Positions 5,894-16,001 of a stretch of DNA of 57,632 nt are shown here, piece by piece (positions within the stretch are counted from its first letter, which is position 1; each line of letters starts with the position of its first letter). Where the stretch lies: IMG/VR virus record IMGVR_UViG_3300012943_000037, positions 1 to 57,632 of that record. The stretch is one strand, 5' to 3'. This DNA is from a virus. Lineage: Duplodnaviria > Caudoviricetes. A model generated the notes under the pieces. It saw only the letters and a program-made list of their open reading frames with translations, did no database searches and had not been told where the DNA came from. Both the position numbers and the translations under genes were made by a program.

Positions 5894-6180
5894 TCTGTAT
5901 AAGAAGAGCCCACTGGAGAGATATGGAGGTAGGACAGGTATTTACAGTAAAGTCAATGGAACAATTCCCTTGTGGATGTTGGGCTGTTAATGTTGGTCAT
6001 GAAGAAAATGGGGAAATGTGTAGTAAACATTTGACATATGTTGATAATCCTATTGGTAGAGGTGCACATCTATTTGCTCCTTATAAATCATCCAGTATAT
6101 GCAATTCAGTAACCAAGGAATTGGCAGAAAAAGCCATGAATGTTGGTGATACTGTTGAACAATACGAGTTAGTCAATTAA
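5860..6180 (+). CDS. hypothetical protein (KOW/SH3-like start FEVGQRVV)
   Basis: ORF track; gene packing. Confidence 0.55.
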   Translation: MEKPFEVGQRVVCIRRAHWRDMEVGQVFTVKSMEQFPCGCWAVNVGHEENGEMCSKHLTYVDNPIGRGAHLFAPYKSSSICNSVTKELAEKAMNVGDTVEQYELVN

Positions 6181-6191
6181 AACTAAACAAT

Positions 6192-6398
6192 ATGAAGATA
6201 CTACTATTATTTATGGTCACTATCATGATCTTCTTTCTCTACTTAATCCCTATAATATGGGATTTTAGCAGTAAAATATTACCCAGTGATGCATCAGTTG
6301 CTGGTTACTTTTTTTGGTATTTTATGGTTTTTATCCTGACACTTTGTTGGGGAGATATAGTAAAGAAGAATGGTTGTTGGTTCTTTGGTAAACACTAA
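6192..6398 (+). CDS. small two-helix membrane protein
   Basis: Two hydrophobic stretches. Confidence 0.55.
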   Translation: MKILLLFMVTIMIFFLYLIPIIWDFSSKILPSDASVAGYFFWYFMVFILTLCWGDIVKKNGCWFFGKH

Positions 6399-6409
6399 AA
6401 CAAAACATT

Positions 6410-7741
6410 ATGAAAAAAATCGTTGTAATAGGAGGAGGAACCTTCTCCCATGTAAGAAATCATTTAGCACTTGCTGCACCAGCATTTGGTCATACAGCAA
6501 CTGTTATTGCACAAACTTCCCTTGATAAATGGGGAGAAACAGCAGATGTAAGACTGTATTTGACAAAAATGGCTGATCCGTTTGATTTGTTTGGAGAACA
6601 ATCTGATCCTATTGTGACGAATGAAGATGTTGAAGAGTTAGCTAAGGAATGGGTTGAGGATTATGATGTTAAGGTAGTATTCTTCAATGCTGCTATCTGT
6701 GATTTTAAGGGTAATATCGCAGACAACAATCTGAAACCTACACAGTCCGGCAAGTATGAGGAGAGGTTGAAGACATCTACAGGTAACCAACTTATGATTC
6801 TGGAACCTTATGATAAGATAGTTGGTAGAATACGAAAGACCAGAAAGGACATATTCCTTGTGGCTTTTAAAACCACCTGTGGTGCTTCTGAAGATGAGAT
6901 GTATATTGCCGGGTTGGATATGTTGAAGAGAAACAGTTGTAATCTGGTATTATGTAATGATACATCAACCAGAAAGAATATGATTATTACCCCGGAAGAA
7001 GCCCGGTATCATGTAACTGATGATAGAGACCTGATTATCAGGGAGTTAGTTGAGATGGCATATTTACGTAGTCAACTGACATTTACACGTTCTACCGTTA
7101 TAGATGGAGAACGTGTAGGGTGGGGTGATAAAAGAATTCCTGCTACACTAAGAGCTATTGTTCACTGGTGTATAATGCAGGGAGCATATAAGGAATTTAA
7201 TGGAGCTACAGTTGGACACTTTGCTGTCAAACTAAATAACAATGAATTCCTGAGTTCTATAAGAAAAACTAATTTTAACAATATCGAAGAACATGGTATG
7301 GTTAGAATAGTAACAGATGGGCCGGATAATGTTATGGCTTTTGGAGCTAAACCATCCGTTGGAGGCCAGTCACAGAGGATTGTGTTCCATGACCATCCTG
7401 AATATGACTGTATAGTACACTTCCATTGCCCATTAAGGCCAGATCATACTGATGATATACCTGTTGTATCCCAAAGAGAATACGAATGTGGTAGTCACCA
7501 GTGTGGAGAAAACACAAGTAAGGGTCTGGGAAAGTTTGGTAATTTATCCTGTGTCATGCTGGATAATCATGGGCCAAACATTGTGTTTCATCACTCAATT
7601 GATGCTACCGAAGTTATGTCATTTATCAACAACAACTTCGATTTGACAAAAAAGACAGGAGGGTTGGTGTCAACTCCCACATTAACAGAACTTTCTAAAA
7701 AACTTGAGTATGATAACAAAGAGCCAGTTACAGAAGGCTAA
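6410..7741 (+). CDS. Fusion of CoaB-like (phosphopantothenate-cysteine ligase/DFP) domain and class II aldolase/adducin-like domain
   Basis: N-terminal GGGT...VR, NAAICDF, LVAFKT, LVLCND; C-terminal GHFAVK, KPS, IVHFHCP, LDNHG. Confidence 0.75.
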   Translation: MKKIVVIGGGTFSHVRNHLALAAPAFGHTATVIAQTSLDKWGETADVRLYLTKMADPFDLFGEQSDPIVTNEDVEELAKEWVEDYDVKVVFFNAAICDFKGNIADNNLKPTQSGKYEERLKTSTGNQLMILEPYDKIVGRIRKTRKDIFLVAFKTTCGASEDEMYIAGLDMLKRNSCNLVLCNDTSTRKNMIITPEEARYHVTDDRDLIIRELVEMAYLRSQLTFTRSTVIDGERVGWGDKRIPATLRAIVHWCIMQGAYKEFNGATVGHFAVKLNNNEFLSSIRKTNFNNIEEHGMVRIVTDGPDNVMAFGAKPSVGGQSQRIVFHDHPEYDCIVHFHCPLRPDHTDDIPVVSQREYECGSHQCGENTSKGLGKFGNLSCVMLDNHGPNIVFHHSIDATEVMSFINNNFDLTKKTGGLVSTPTLTELSKKLEYDNKEPVTEG

Positions 7742-8225
7742 GGGGTGGTTATATTCCTATATCTCAGATAAAGAGGTTATGATAATGAGTGGTTGGAAAT
7801 TCTATATCTTTGGTCAGACAATTGAGGACAGTGAGCAAATATGCTCACTTATTACCCCTATTGCCAAAAAATATAATCTGACTATGAAAGTTGCTAGTCA
7901 GAACATTATTAATAGGAATACAAATAAAAAGGGTATAGCATGGAGTGTTGGTATTATTTATCTAAATTCAGAACTGTTTGAAGATAAACGTGTACCAAAC
8001 CTCATAAGTGATATTGATAATGCTCTGAAAGATTACCAAAAAACAGGTGTAATTGTTGGAGCAAAGTCCATAAACGGCAAACTCCATTATCGTTATGATC
8101 TATCATTTCCCATCGATCCTGCAAAAGGAGTTGATTATCATGAGTATCTGAATGGATACAGAGGGGAAAGTGGTGATTATAATATCCCCGGAAATGAGGA
8201 CATTACATCATCTTTAAGTATTTGA
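7704..8225 (+). CDS. hypothetical protein (start uncertain)
   Basis: ORF track; GWKFYI motif. Confidence 0.55.
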   Translation: MSMITKSQLQKAKGWLYSYISDKEVMIMSGWKFYIFGQTIEDSEQICSLITPIAKKYNLTMKVASQNIINRNTNKKGIAWSVGIIYLNSELFEDKRVPNLISDIDNALKDYQKTGVIVGAKSINGKLHYRYDLSFPIDPAKGVDYHEYLNGYRGESGDYNIPGNEDITSSLSI

Positions 8226-8336
8226 TATGCATCAGCTAGTATGGGCACTTGGAAAAGTGCTTTTCGTAATATTCATGGTACTATTTGTGATTGGTGCTTG
8301 GGAGGCATTAAAAAACCCCCGTATCCCTAAAAAATA

Positions 8337-8795
8337 ATGGACTGCACAAAAGAAGTTATTATGCGTGGCTTGACACATGCCATAAGAAACTGTAATAGAA
8401 ATATCTACGAATGGATGGAAAAATCTAAACGTGGATCAACGTTCACTATCTCACATACAGAGGTACGTGGATTAGTCAAGAACTGGATTATACGTTCCCT
8501 AAAGGATACGATGGGGAATATACAGGCAGACAGAGTATTAAGAGTTGGTAATTTGTATGTATCTGTGGATGATATACATAACTGTATAGGTTTTATATCA
8601 TTATCATCTACAGATGAGTGGAGATCAGTACATAGGGATGTAGAGTTGGTTAAGGAGTGTATGACACAAATTAACTATAAGGCACTACGTTATGACCCTA
8701 AAGATTACCTATTGGATGGACTAACACCTGTTTCCATGAATTATGGACATCCTGCCAACATTGATTTATCATCTATTGAGAAAATTAAATTTTAA
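8337..8795 (+). CDS. hypothetical protein
   Basis: 152-aa ATG ORF. Confidence 0.6.
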   Translation: MDCTKEVIMRGLTHAIRNCNRNIYEWMEKSKRGSTFTISHTEVRGLVKNWIIRSLKDTMGNIQADRVLRVGNLYVSVDDIHNCIGFISLSSTDEWRSVHRDVELVKECMTQINYKALRYDPKDYLLDGLTPVSMNYGHPANIDLSSIEKIKF

Positions 8796-8812
8796 TACTT
8801 AAAACAAAACAA

Positions 8813-9253
8813 ATGGCAGACGAACAAAATCTCCAAAATGGAGAAGACAACGAATCTCCTGAACAAAAGGCCGACAAGGAAACGAAAAAGTACCTCAAGG
8901 TAATGGAAACAGTTAAGGCTGTAGTAGGTGGTGAGAAAAACCTGAGACCTCAGAAAAAGGTTGATGGTGACACTACTGCTGATATTGTTGCCGAACTATT
9001 TGCCGAAGAACAGGAAGAACTAAGGGTCAAGGTAAAAACTGGCCTGAAAGAGCTTCTGAAGAAACATGTTGAATTGGAAGCTGAAGTAGCTAAGAAGGAA
9101 AAAGAGCTTAAGGACTTACAACTCCAAAAGAGGAAAGAGTTCACTAAAGCTGCTAACAACTGGCTACAACAGATTGACCAGCAACAGGTTATGGCAGAAA
9201 GTTACACAAAGGCACTTGAAACAGCTTTTTCTAAGGAGAAAGAGGCCGAGTAA
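8813..9253 (+). CDS. coiled-coil hypothetical protein
   Basis: E/K-rich heptads; A-rich leader. Confidence 0.65.
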   Translation: MADEQNLQNGEDNESPEQKADKETKKYLKVMETVKAVVGGEKNLRPQKKVDGDTTADIVAELFAEEQEELRVKVKTGLKELLKKHVELEAEVAKKEKELKDLQLQKRKEFTKAANNWLQQIDQQQVMAESYTKALETAFSKEKEAE

Positions 9254-9283
9254 CACATTTTTTAACTTTTAAATTGTAACTTG

Positions 9284-9724
9284 ATGCAAGTGGTTAACAA
9301 CGAGCAGAAGTACAGGATATACTGGATGTATAATGATTCAGTATTTGCCGAACTCCTGAAAAGATCAGGATTCCCTCACGACAAAATTGAGGCAATGCAG
9401 GCAGTTCCCCTCAAAAAACAAATTGAGATGTGGAATGAATGGATGCCCCTAGATCAGGCAAGAAATAATGGTGTATCTCCTGATACAACATGGTGTTTCA
9501 TTACTGATGGTGAGAAGGTTATTGCACGTTCACGTGTAACACGTTATCACACAGATCGTGATGACAGAGACAGGGCCAGGAAGTACTCCTTAGCAAAGGC
9601 ATTGGTAACATTAGGGTTGTCCAAAGCAGAAAGGACAAAGTTCTGGGTAGCATATCTACAAAGAACAGTTATTGAACCAAAGGTAATGGCTCCATTAAGT
9701 GCTGTTGCCAAAGCAAGTTTGTAA
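9284..9724 (+). CDS. hypothetical protein
   Basis: ORF track; followed by a terminator-like hairpin. Confidence 0.6.
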   Translation: MQVVNNEQKYRIYWMYNDSVFAELLKRSGFPHDKIEAMQAVPLKKQIEMWNEWMPLDQARNNGVSPDTTWCFITDGEKVIARSRVTRYHTDRDDRDRARKYSLAKALVTLGLSKAERTKFWVAYLQRTVIEPKVMAPLSAVAKASL

Positions 9725-9725
9725 G

Positions 9726-9751
9726 AAAAGGCCATCTTAGAGTGGCCTTTT
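9726..9751 (+). terminator. Intrinsic terminator
   Basis: AAAAGGCCA-TCTTAGAG-TGGCCTTTT. Confidence 0.55.
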
Positions 9752-9762
9752 AAAATCTATCT

Positions 9763-9954
9763 ATGAAAAACTATACAGAAGAGGATGTAATTTGGACACT
9801 CGGAAGGAAGAGTGATGTCCGTATCCAAGGAAAACAAGTGCTGGTCATGAAGGGTTCAGCAGCCAAGAATGACATTGGGAATGGAAGTAAAGGAAAAATT
9901 GACTTCCTGTGCAGGCATAGGGGGTATACCTTAGTGTTTACCTCTAAGTTCTAA
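9763..9954 (+). CDS. hypothetical protein
   Basis: 63-aa ATG ORF. Confidence 0.55.
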   Translation: MKNYTEEDVIWTLGRKSDVRIQGKQVLVMKGSAAKNDIGNGSKGKIDFLCRHRGYTLVFTSKF

Positions 9955-9971
9955 CCCATAAAACTTCCCAC

Positions 9972-10316
9972 ATGAAAAAGCCCGTAGCTTCAAGCAAAGC
10001 AAATTCATCTATTGTAATGGTTATGAAGGATGGTAAGAGTATATATCATGTACGAAACCGTTTGATGACACAGGAAATAGAGATAACAGCTTGGGATTTA
10101 GCAAGAAGAAGGTACAGAAGGGCCATACGGATTTTCAGGGAATCTATTGATGAAATATTAAGGCAGAAATACAGTCCCATACCTGTATATAGGGACAGTT
10201 ATGTGACTGATATTATGCTTGTAATACGTAATCATAAGGGTGAAAACGACTTGGCTCTTGAGATTTTTAATTTGATAAGCAGTAAAGATGGTAGTAAAGA
10301 AAAAAGCTCCTGTTGA
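9972..10316 (+). CDS. hypothetical protein
   Basis: ORF track. Confidence 0.55.
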   Translation: MKKPVASSKANSSIVMVMKDGKSIYHVRNRLMTQEIEITAWDLARRRYRRAIRIFRESIDEILRQKYSPIPVYRDSYVTDIMLVIRNHKGENDLALEIFNLISSKDGSKEKSSC

Positions 10317-10854
10317 ACAGGAGGAACTCCCTTCATTATTTGAAGATGGGGATTATTTTGTGGCTCTCGTGAAAGTAAAAGGCAAGAGAGAACCAGTTAA
10401 GATCAGAGGTATTGTTGAAGAAGGGTATATAAGGGGTTTTGATTTATTCAACAATCAACATGGTGACGAAGTAGATTGTGATGAAAATGAACACTTCAGC
10501 TTTGTCATTCCTGTTGATGGTAGTACTCAGGCAGATTTGGATAGAGCAGGAATTGTAGAATTCTCTGTTCCAACAGATAAAAGGATTATCAAAGTTATTG
10601 AGAGTGATAAGCTCCCAAGAATTGCTGATAACGTTGCCAAAAAACGTAATGATGGGTCAATATCATTTGGCTGTGGAGCAATTGAATTTGAAAAAGAGGA
10701 AATTGCTGTATGGTTAGATGTATCAACTAAGTTACGCAAAATCAAAGGATGGGAAAAATTCAATGAAATGAATGAGAAAATCCTTGGTGAGATTAGTGTA
10801 TGGGAGTTCAATGATATTGATCTGGATGACGTTAAGAAACTCATCGAAGAATAA
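10288..10854 (+). CDS. hypothetical protein
   Basis: ORF track. Confidence 0.6.
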   Translation: MVVKKKAPVEQEELPSLFEDGDYFVALVKVKGKREPVKIRGIVEEGYIRGFDLFNNQHGDEVDCDENEHFSFVIPVDGSTQADLDRAGIVEFSVPTDKRIIKVIESDKLPRIADNVAKKRNDGSISFGCGAIEFEKEEIAVWLDVSTKLRKIKGWEKFNEMNEKILGEISVWEFNDIDLDDVKKLIEE

Positions 10855-11033
10855 TTTACCTTAAAACAAACTTTATGATTAAGATTTTAGGTTTAGCCAT
10901 GTTTTTGGTCATCGTATTAGATGGCTGGAGCAACAAATGGGCCATTATGAAGAGCATTGGTACTCTCTTCACAAATACATGGAAAAAAATCAGTGGTAAA
11001 CTGTAAAGTACCGGGGTTGGCAGGGAAAGCCTG

Positions 11034-11372
11034 TTGGTTCGATCCAACCAACCCCCTAAATTTATTGTTATGTTTGACGAGATAAGCAAAGATGATATGA
11101 ATGAACTTGAGAAAAAGTTCAAACAATTGATGGAAACTGGTAAAATGGGATCAGTTGAGAATTTATCACACCTACCTTTGGAGGAGAAAGAAAGGATTTC
11201 CAAAGAATTACTGAAGGAAGTGATGGAGAAATTGATGCGTAAATACCTGTCCTTAGGGTTGCTTGGTGAAGCAATATTAGGTGCTGAAGATGGATTTACT
11301 GGAAACAAGTATAAATTAATCTTTAAAGCAATGAGAAAGGATGACAAAGATGAACATTTTGACGGCAGATGA
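11034..11372 (+). CDS. hypothetical protein (start probably at ATG near 11070)
   Basis: ORF track. Confidence 0.5.
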   Translation: MVRSNQPPKFIVMFDEISKDDMNELEKKFKQLMETGKMGSVENLSHLPLEEKERISKELLKEVMEKLMRKYLSLGLLGEAILGAEDGFTGNKYKLIFKAMRKDDKDEHFDGR

Positions 11373-11913
11373 GTTTGAGAGAGCTCTTCTGTATGCAGCC
11401 AAAAAACACAGAGGTCAAAGGAGAAAGGGAGATGGTAGACCTTATATCATGCACCCTCTATCTGTGATGACCCGTATTCTCTCCATTAAGAAATCTAGTA
11501 ATGCATTTCTTTTGGGTACTGCTGCTGTACTACATGACGTAGTAGAGGATTGTGGAGTATCCATTAAGAAGATTGCTAAGAAGTTTGGTTATCATGTTGC
11601 TGCACTTGTAGCTGAACTTACACTGGACAAAACCCAATATGAGAAGATTGGGAAAACTGAATATCTCTGTCAGGAAATGATGGGTATGTCTTCTTATGCC
11701 TTGGCTATCAAGTTATGTGATAGACTGGATAATGTATGTGATATGAAGGGAATGGATGATGAGTTTAAGGAACGTTACATGAAGGAAACAGCAACTATTA
11801 TGCAGACCTTGTTTAAGAGGGAGAAGTTGACAAAAACACATCTGGCTTTGATGGAGATGATTGAAAAAGAGCTAATGAAATTTTATCATGAAAGAGACAA
11901 CCATGTTGCTTGA
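11341..11913 (+). CDS. HD-domain (p)ppGpp hydrolase-like protein (Mesh1/SpoT HD family)
   Basis: HRGQRRKGDGRPYIMHP, LHDVVED and IKLCDRLDN motifs. Confidence 0.85.
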   Translation: MTKMNILTADEFERALLYAAKKHRGQRRKGDGRPYIMHPLSVMTRILSIKKSSNAFLLGTAAVLHDVVEDCGVSIKKIAKKFGYHVAALVAELTLDKTQYEKIGKTEYLCQEMMGMSSYALAIKLCDRLDNVCDMKGMDDEFKERYMKETATIMQTLFKREKLTKTHLALMEMIEKELMKFYHERDNHVA

Positions 11914-12268
11914 TAAAACAGGCAACCAAATTAACACCATCTACCCCTACCGGACAAAAGGAGGTTGGGCTTTTGATGATGAGGAAGTAGGTTTAAAGAC
12001 TGAACCCTTTATTGCAGGTATCCCAGAAATCATTGATAGTATTGTTGGTAAAAGGGATAACTTTACAGCACATATCTCAGCATCTGTACTACCTAACTAT
12101 ACAGGACACCTGATAAAAGTGCCCCCAGAGGAAATGAATGATGACTATAAGGGGCCATCTACTGGTTGGTATATGTTAGAGGGTACAGAGATGATTGGCT
12201 GGTTGTGTCCTGCAACACTTAAGTACTTTAAGGATTATCCTGATTCTATCTACTTTAAAATTGAGTAA
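11888..12268 (+). CDS. DUF6717-like hypothetical protein
   Basis: PY...W-x-FDD...GL-x-x-EPF...GWLCPA-x-x-x-YF pattern. Confidence 0.6.
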   Translation: MKETTMLLDKTGNQINTIYPYRTKGGWAFDDEEVGLKTEPFIAGIPEIIDSIVGKRDNFTAHISASVLPNYTGHLIKVPPEEMNDDYKGPSTGWYMLEGTEMIGWLCPATLKYFKDYPDSIYFKIE

Positions 12269-12453
12269 TGAAAAAGAAGAAACAGGAGTCCAAAGAGGAC
12301 AAGATTAAGCATGAAGAAGAGTATGTTGCATTTCTACGTAAAAGACTGGACAGTGATAATTATAAAAATAATGTCACACCAGAAGAATACGAAAAGACCA
12401 AACAGAAATATGACAAAGCTAAACTAAAATTAAAGTTCCTTAAAGAAAGCTAG
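12268..12453 (+). CDS. small basic hypothetical protein
   Basis: TAATG coupling to the upstream gene. Confidence 0.55.
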   Translation: MKKKKQESKEDKIKHEEEYVAFLRKRLDSDNYKNNVTPEEYEKTKQKYDKAKLKLKFLKES

Positions 12454-12612
12454 TATGAAACCGAACAATGTTATAAAAAGGCTAAAAGCCAGAACAGATG
12501 AGTGGGAGGCAATGAAAGCATCAGATAGTAATTCTCCCAAGAAAAAAACAATTCATAAACCATCGGGTGGGGTTTTAGAATTTACAAGACCCGGCTCTTT
12601 AAAAAAGAAAGG

Positions 12613-13116
12613 ATGATATACATTATTATCATTGCAGTTTGTCTGCTACTGTTAACAGTCTTTGCTGAAAAGGGTGAATTTGGTTGGGCTATGGTTACAT
12701 TTGTAGCAGGAATAGCTATATGTACAGGTCTCAATAAAGCATTCACCTTCAAGCAATTATTCAGTTATATAAGTGATAACATAGGTATAATCATAGCTAT
12801 GTTAATAGCTTATATAATGTGTGGTGTAGGCTGGTCTTTAATTAAATGGAAATGGTACTGTAGAGACTGGTATAATGACCTGAATAGACGTTATAGAGTA
12901 AGTGACGTTGCATATGTCCCTGACGTACAAGCATCTAATAATAAGGGACGTATAACAGGGTGGATGCTCTGGTGGCCCACATCATTTACTTGGTTTATAC
13001 TACACGATCCTATAACCAAATTTTACAATTTTCTTTACAGAAATCTGACAACTATGTTTGATTCTATATCACTCGGTCAGAAAGAGAAGATTTTAAAGGA
13101 AAAAACCAAAAAATAA
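12613..13116 (+). CDS. membrane protein
   Basis: Three to four hydrophobic helices. Confidence 0.65.
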   Translation: MIYIIIIAVCLLLLTVFAEKGEFGWAMVTFVAGIAICTGLNKAFTFKQLFSYISDNIGIIIAMLIAYIMCGVGWSLIKWKWYCRDWYNDLNRRYRVSDVAYVPDVQASNNKGRITGWMLWWPTSFTWFILHDPITKFYNFLYRNLTTMFDSISLGQKEKILKEKTKK

Positions 13117-13427
13117 TGAATATCATGCACTTCACCAAAATGGAATGGTGGGGTAACAAGAATTCAGATGGACTTGGACATGTCTGTGTAGGATTTAGTT
13201 CTGATGGTAAGACATATCTTACATTTGACATTAGAAAGGCCGGGGATGATCTATTCCCGGTCTTCTCTAAGTTCTGTGAGATAGGAGGAAGGTATGGACA
13301 TTCAGAGAAAGCATACAAACATTACAGACATTTGTTTGATACACTGGATGGTTACTCTATTAATGAGATGATTGAGTGTGACTATGGTTTACTCAATGAT
13401 CCAAAAACTTATAAATTTGTAAGATGA
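13116..13427 (+). CDS. hypothetical protein
   Basis: Translationally coupled ORF. Confidence 0.6.
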   Translation: MNIMHFTKMEWWGNKNSDGLGHVCVGFSSDGKTYLTFDIRKAGDDLFPVFSKFCEIGGRYGHSEKAYKHYRHLFDTLDGYSINEMIECDYGLLNDPKTYKFVR

Positions 13428-13792
13428 TAAACATTTATTATATTTATCAGCTTTTTATTCATTGGTTTGCAGATTTTGTTCTACAAACTGATGAACAAGC
13501 TAAGAAGAAGTCCACATCAATTACTATGCTAACATATCATGTTTTAGTATACACATTAGTTTGGGCTGTAGCATCCTACTTTTATTTTCATGATGTAGGA
13601 AAATGCCTTATATTTGCAGGTATAACAGGTATATGTCATTGGATAACGGACTTTGTTACCTCAAGGGTACAAAAACCATTTTGGGATAAGAAGGATTATC
13701 ATAATGGCTTTGTTTTAGTGGGTTTTGACCAAGTTTTACACTATATACAATTGGATATGACAATAAAATGGGTACAAAATTTAGTATTATGA
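13424..13792 (+). CDS. DUF3307-family membrane protein
   Basis: HWFADFVLQT, HWITD and DQVLH motifs. Confidence 0.75.
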   Translation: MINIYYIYQLFIHWFADFVLQTDEQAKKKSTSITMLTYHVLVYTLVWAVASYFYFHDVGKCLIFAGITGICHWITDFVTSRVQKPFWDKKDYHNGFVLVGFDQVLHYIQLDMTIKWVQNLVL

Positions 13793-13880
13793 AAAAGGTT
13801 GATATTGGAGAAAGAGTGGTAGTAGGTATCATTGTGTTGGCAATATTTGTGTTGATGGCCTTTGGTAAATGTAGTTGATT

Positions 13881-16001
13881 ATGATATTAGCACAGGGTGT
13901 AGAAAAGAAAGTGGGCATCTGTGACATTGAGACAATGTTAGAGTTGTTTGATGTTGGTTGCTATGATCCAGATACAGGTGACTGGAAAGAATTTGAGGTT
14001 TCTGCATACAAAAATGAACTATATGAGTTCGTTAAATGGTATACATCTAAGCCTTGTGATTTTCTAGTCACCTTTAACGGGATAGGATTTGACCAACAGG
14101 TAATGCAATATGTGGTAGATGAACACCAGAAATGGTTTGATTTGACCAATTTAGAGGTATGTAAGAAGATTAGTGACTATGCTCAGAAAGTAATTGAGGA
14201 TAGTAAATTTGGGTTACCTCACAAATATAAGGAGAAAGATTTCTCCATACCACCTTTGGATGTTTTTCGTGTCCATCACATGGATAATGAGGCTAAAAGG
14301 ACATCCTTGAAATGGTGTGCATTTATGATGAATATGGATGTGGAGGAAATGCCCATCCATCACTTGAAGACTGATTTGACTAAGGAAGAGGTAGAGATGA
14401 CCAGAATGTACAGACGTAATGACTGTATAGTTACTTATGGTGTATTGCTGGTTACTTTGGGTAGATTAGAAGAGGTTGAAAAACTAAACGGTGGTTATTC
14501 CCTAGATGAGTTGAAGGATTACAGGGGAAAAAACATGATTCAGGATAGATATGATGTATGGAGAGAGACTGGTCTGTGGTGTTTAAACTGGAGTGATGTT
14601 AAGATTGGTGAAGAGTGGAATAAACAAGATTATAAATGGGCAGAGAAAATAAAGGATGAGGATGAGAGAAATCTGCTCTTTAGTAAGAAGATAAAGCATC
14701 CTTATGGACAACGTTTCCATAAGTTCTTTCCTTCTACTATGGATTTCAAAACTGATAAGCTAAAGAAATTCTTCAAAGATGTTGGTAATCAGTTTGTTAA
14801 AGCTGAAAAACAGGAGTTCCAAATAACAATTGGACAGACTACATATACCATAGCTAAAGGTGGATTACACAGTACTGAGAAACACAGGATTGTAGAACCA
14901 CCAGATGGTTATAATTATGATGACTTGGACGTTGGGAGTCAGTATCCCAATTCTATCTATAAGCTGAAGATATATGCACCTCACTTGACTATGACCATTA
15001 TGGATCAGTTCAAGGGTAAGATTGAGAAGAGGTTGATATATAAATCTAAAGCAAAAGAACTTAAGGCTCTTGGTGAAGTCGAGGAAGCTCGTAAATACAC
15101 CTCTGTACAAGACATGTTAAAATTATGTCTTAATGGTGGATACTATGGCAAATTAGGTCAGAAAGGTAGCTTCCTCGAATTCCCTGAGGGTTTGTTGAAG
15201 GTTTGTATGAGTAATCAGGTTGAGATTATGATGCTCATTGAGATGATGGAAGAGAGTGGATTTAGGGTATTATCAGGAAATACTGATGGTATTACTGTAT
15301 TATATCCTCAAAGTAGAAGAGAAGAGTTTCTGCAAATCTGTAAGGATTGGGAAAACAAGGTTGGTAATCATGAGATGGGTAAATTGGAGGAAACCAAATT
15401 TGCTAAGGTATGGCAGGAATCCATCAATCACTACTTAGCTAAGAAGATTGATTTGGATGAGAAGGGTAACTTTAAAGGATATTCTGCTAAGAAGAAGGGA
15501 CGTTTTGCTACTGAATTCTTACTTAATAAGAATAAATCTTCAAGGGTTATAAGTTTGGCAGTAGAAGCATACTTCATGCAAGGTGTTGATCCTGAACAAT
15601 TTATCAGGAATCATAAGAAAATATTTGACTTTACCATAGCTAAAAAGGCATCTGGTGGAATGTATTATGAGGAGGAGTGGAAAGAGGGTGGAAAAGTTCA
15701 GATAAAGAGACACAAAAAGCTGGTTAGATACTTTATCTCTAAGAAAGGTACAGTATTGTGGAAGAGAGGTAAGAATTTTGAGGGTGATGATATGAATAAT
15801 CAGTGTGAAGCCCCTAATGAGTTAGGACAACCTTTGGTTACCTACTTTAATAAGGCTTGGAAATCAGAGGATTATGGAATAGACTATGACCAGTATATCT
15901 ATAAGACTCTGAGTAGAATTGATAAGATTGAAAAAACGAGGAAAGCTGCGTCTTTTGTACAAAAGGCACACGGAACTCAACAAATGAGTTTGTTTGGATG
16001 A
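13881..16001 (+). CDS. polB: Family B DNA polymerase with 3'-5' exonuclease domain (crAss-like type)
   Basis: Exonuclease DIE, FNGIGFD, YRRND; polymerase DLDVGSQYP, KLCLNGGYYG, NTDG. Confidence 0.92.
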   Translation: MILAQGVEKKVGICDIETMLELFDVGCYDPDTGDWKEFEVSAYKNELYEFVKWYTSKPCDFLVTFNGIGFDQQVMQYVVDEHQKWFDLTNLEVCKKISDYAQKVIEDSKFGLPHKYKEKDFSIPPLDVFRVHHMDNEAKRTSLKWCAFMMNMDVEEMPIHHLKTDLTKEEVEMTRMYRRNDCIVTYGVLLVTLGRLEEVEKLNGGYSLDELKDYRGKNMIQDRYDVWRETGLWCLNWSDVKIGEEWNKQDYKWAEKIKDEDERNLLFSKKIKHPYGQRFHKFFPSTMDFKTDKLKKFFKDVGNQFVKAEKQEFQITIGQTTYTIAKGGLHSTEKHRIVEPPDGYNYDDLDVGSQYPNSIYKLKIYAPHLTMTIMDQFKGKIEKRLIYKSKAKELKALGEVEEARKYTSVQDMLKLCLNGGYYGKLGQKGSFLEFPEGLLKVCMSNQVEIMMLIEMMEESGFRVLSGNTDGITVLYPQSRREEFLQICKDWENKVGNHEMGKLEETKFAKVWQESINHYLAKKIDLDEKGNFKGYSAKKKGRFATEFLLNKNKSSRVISLAVEAYFMQGVDPEQFIRNHKKIFDFTIAKKASGGMYYEEEWKEGGKVQIKRHKKLVRYFISKKGTVLWKRGKNFEGDDMNNQCEAPNELGQPLVTYFNKAWKSEDYGIDYDQYIYKTLSRIDKIEKTRKAASFVQKAHGTQQMSLFG

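Noticed and set aside
6410-7741. Annotation as a canonical coaBC gene
   Set aside because: There is no flavoprotein decarboxylase (CoaC) domain; the second domain is aldolase II-like
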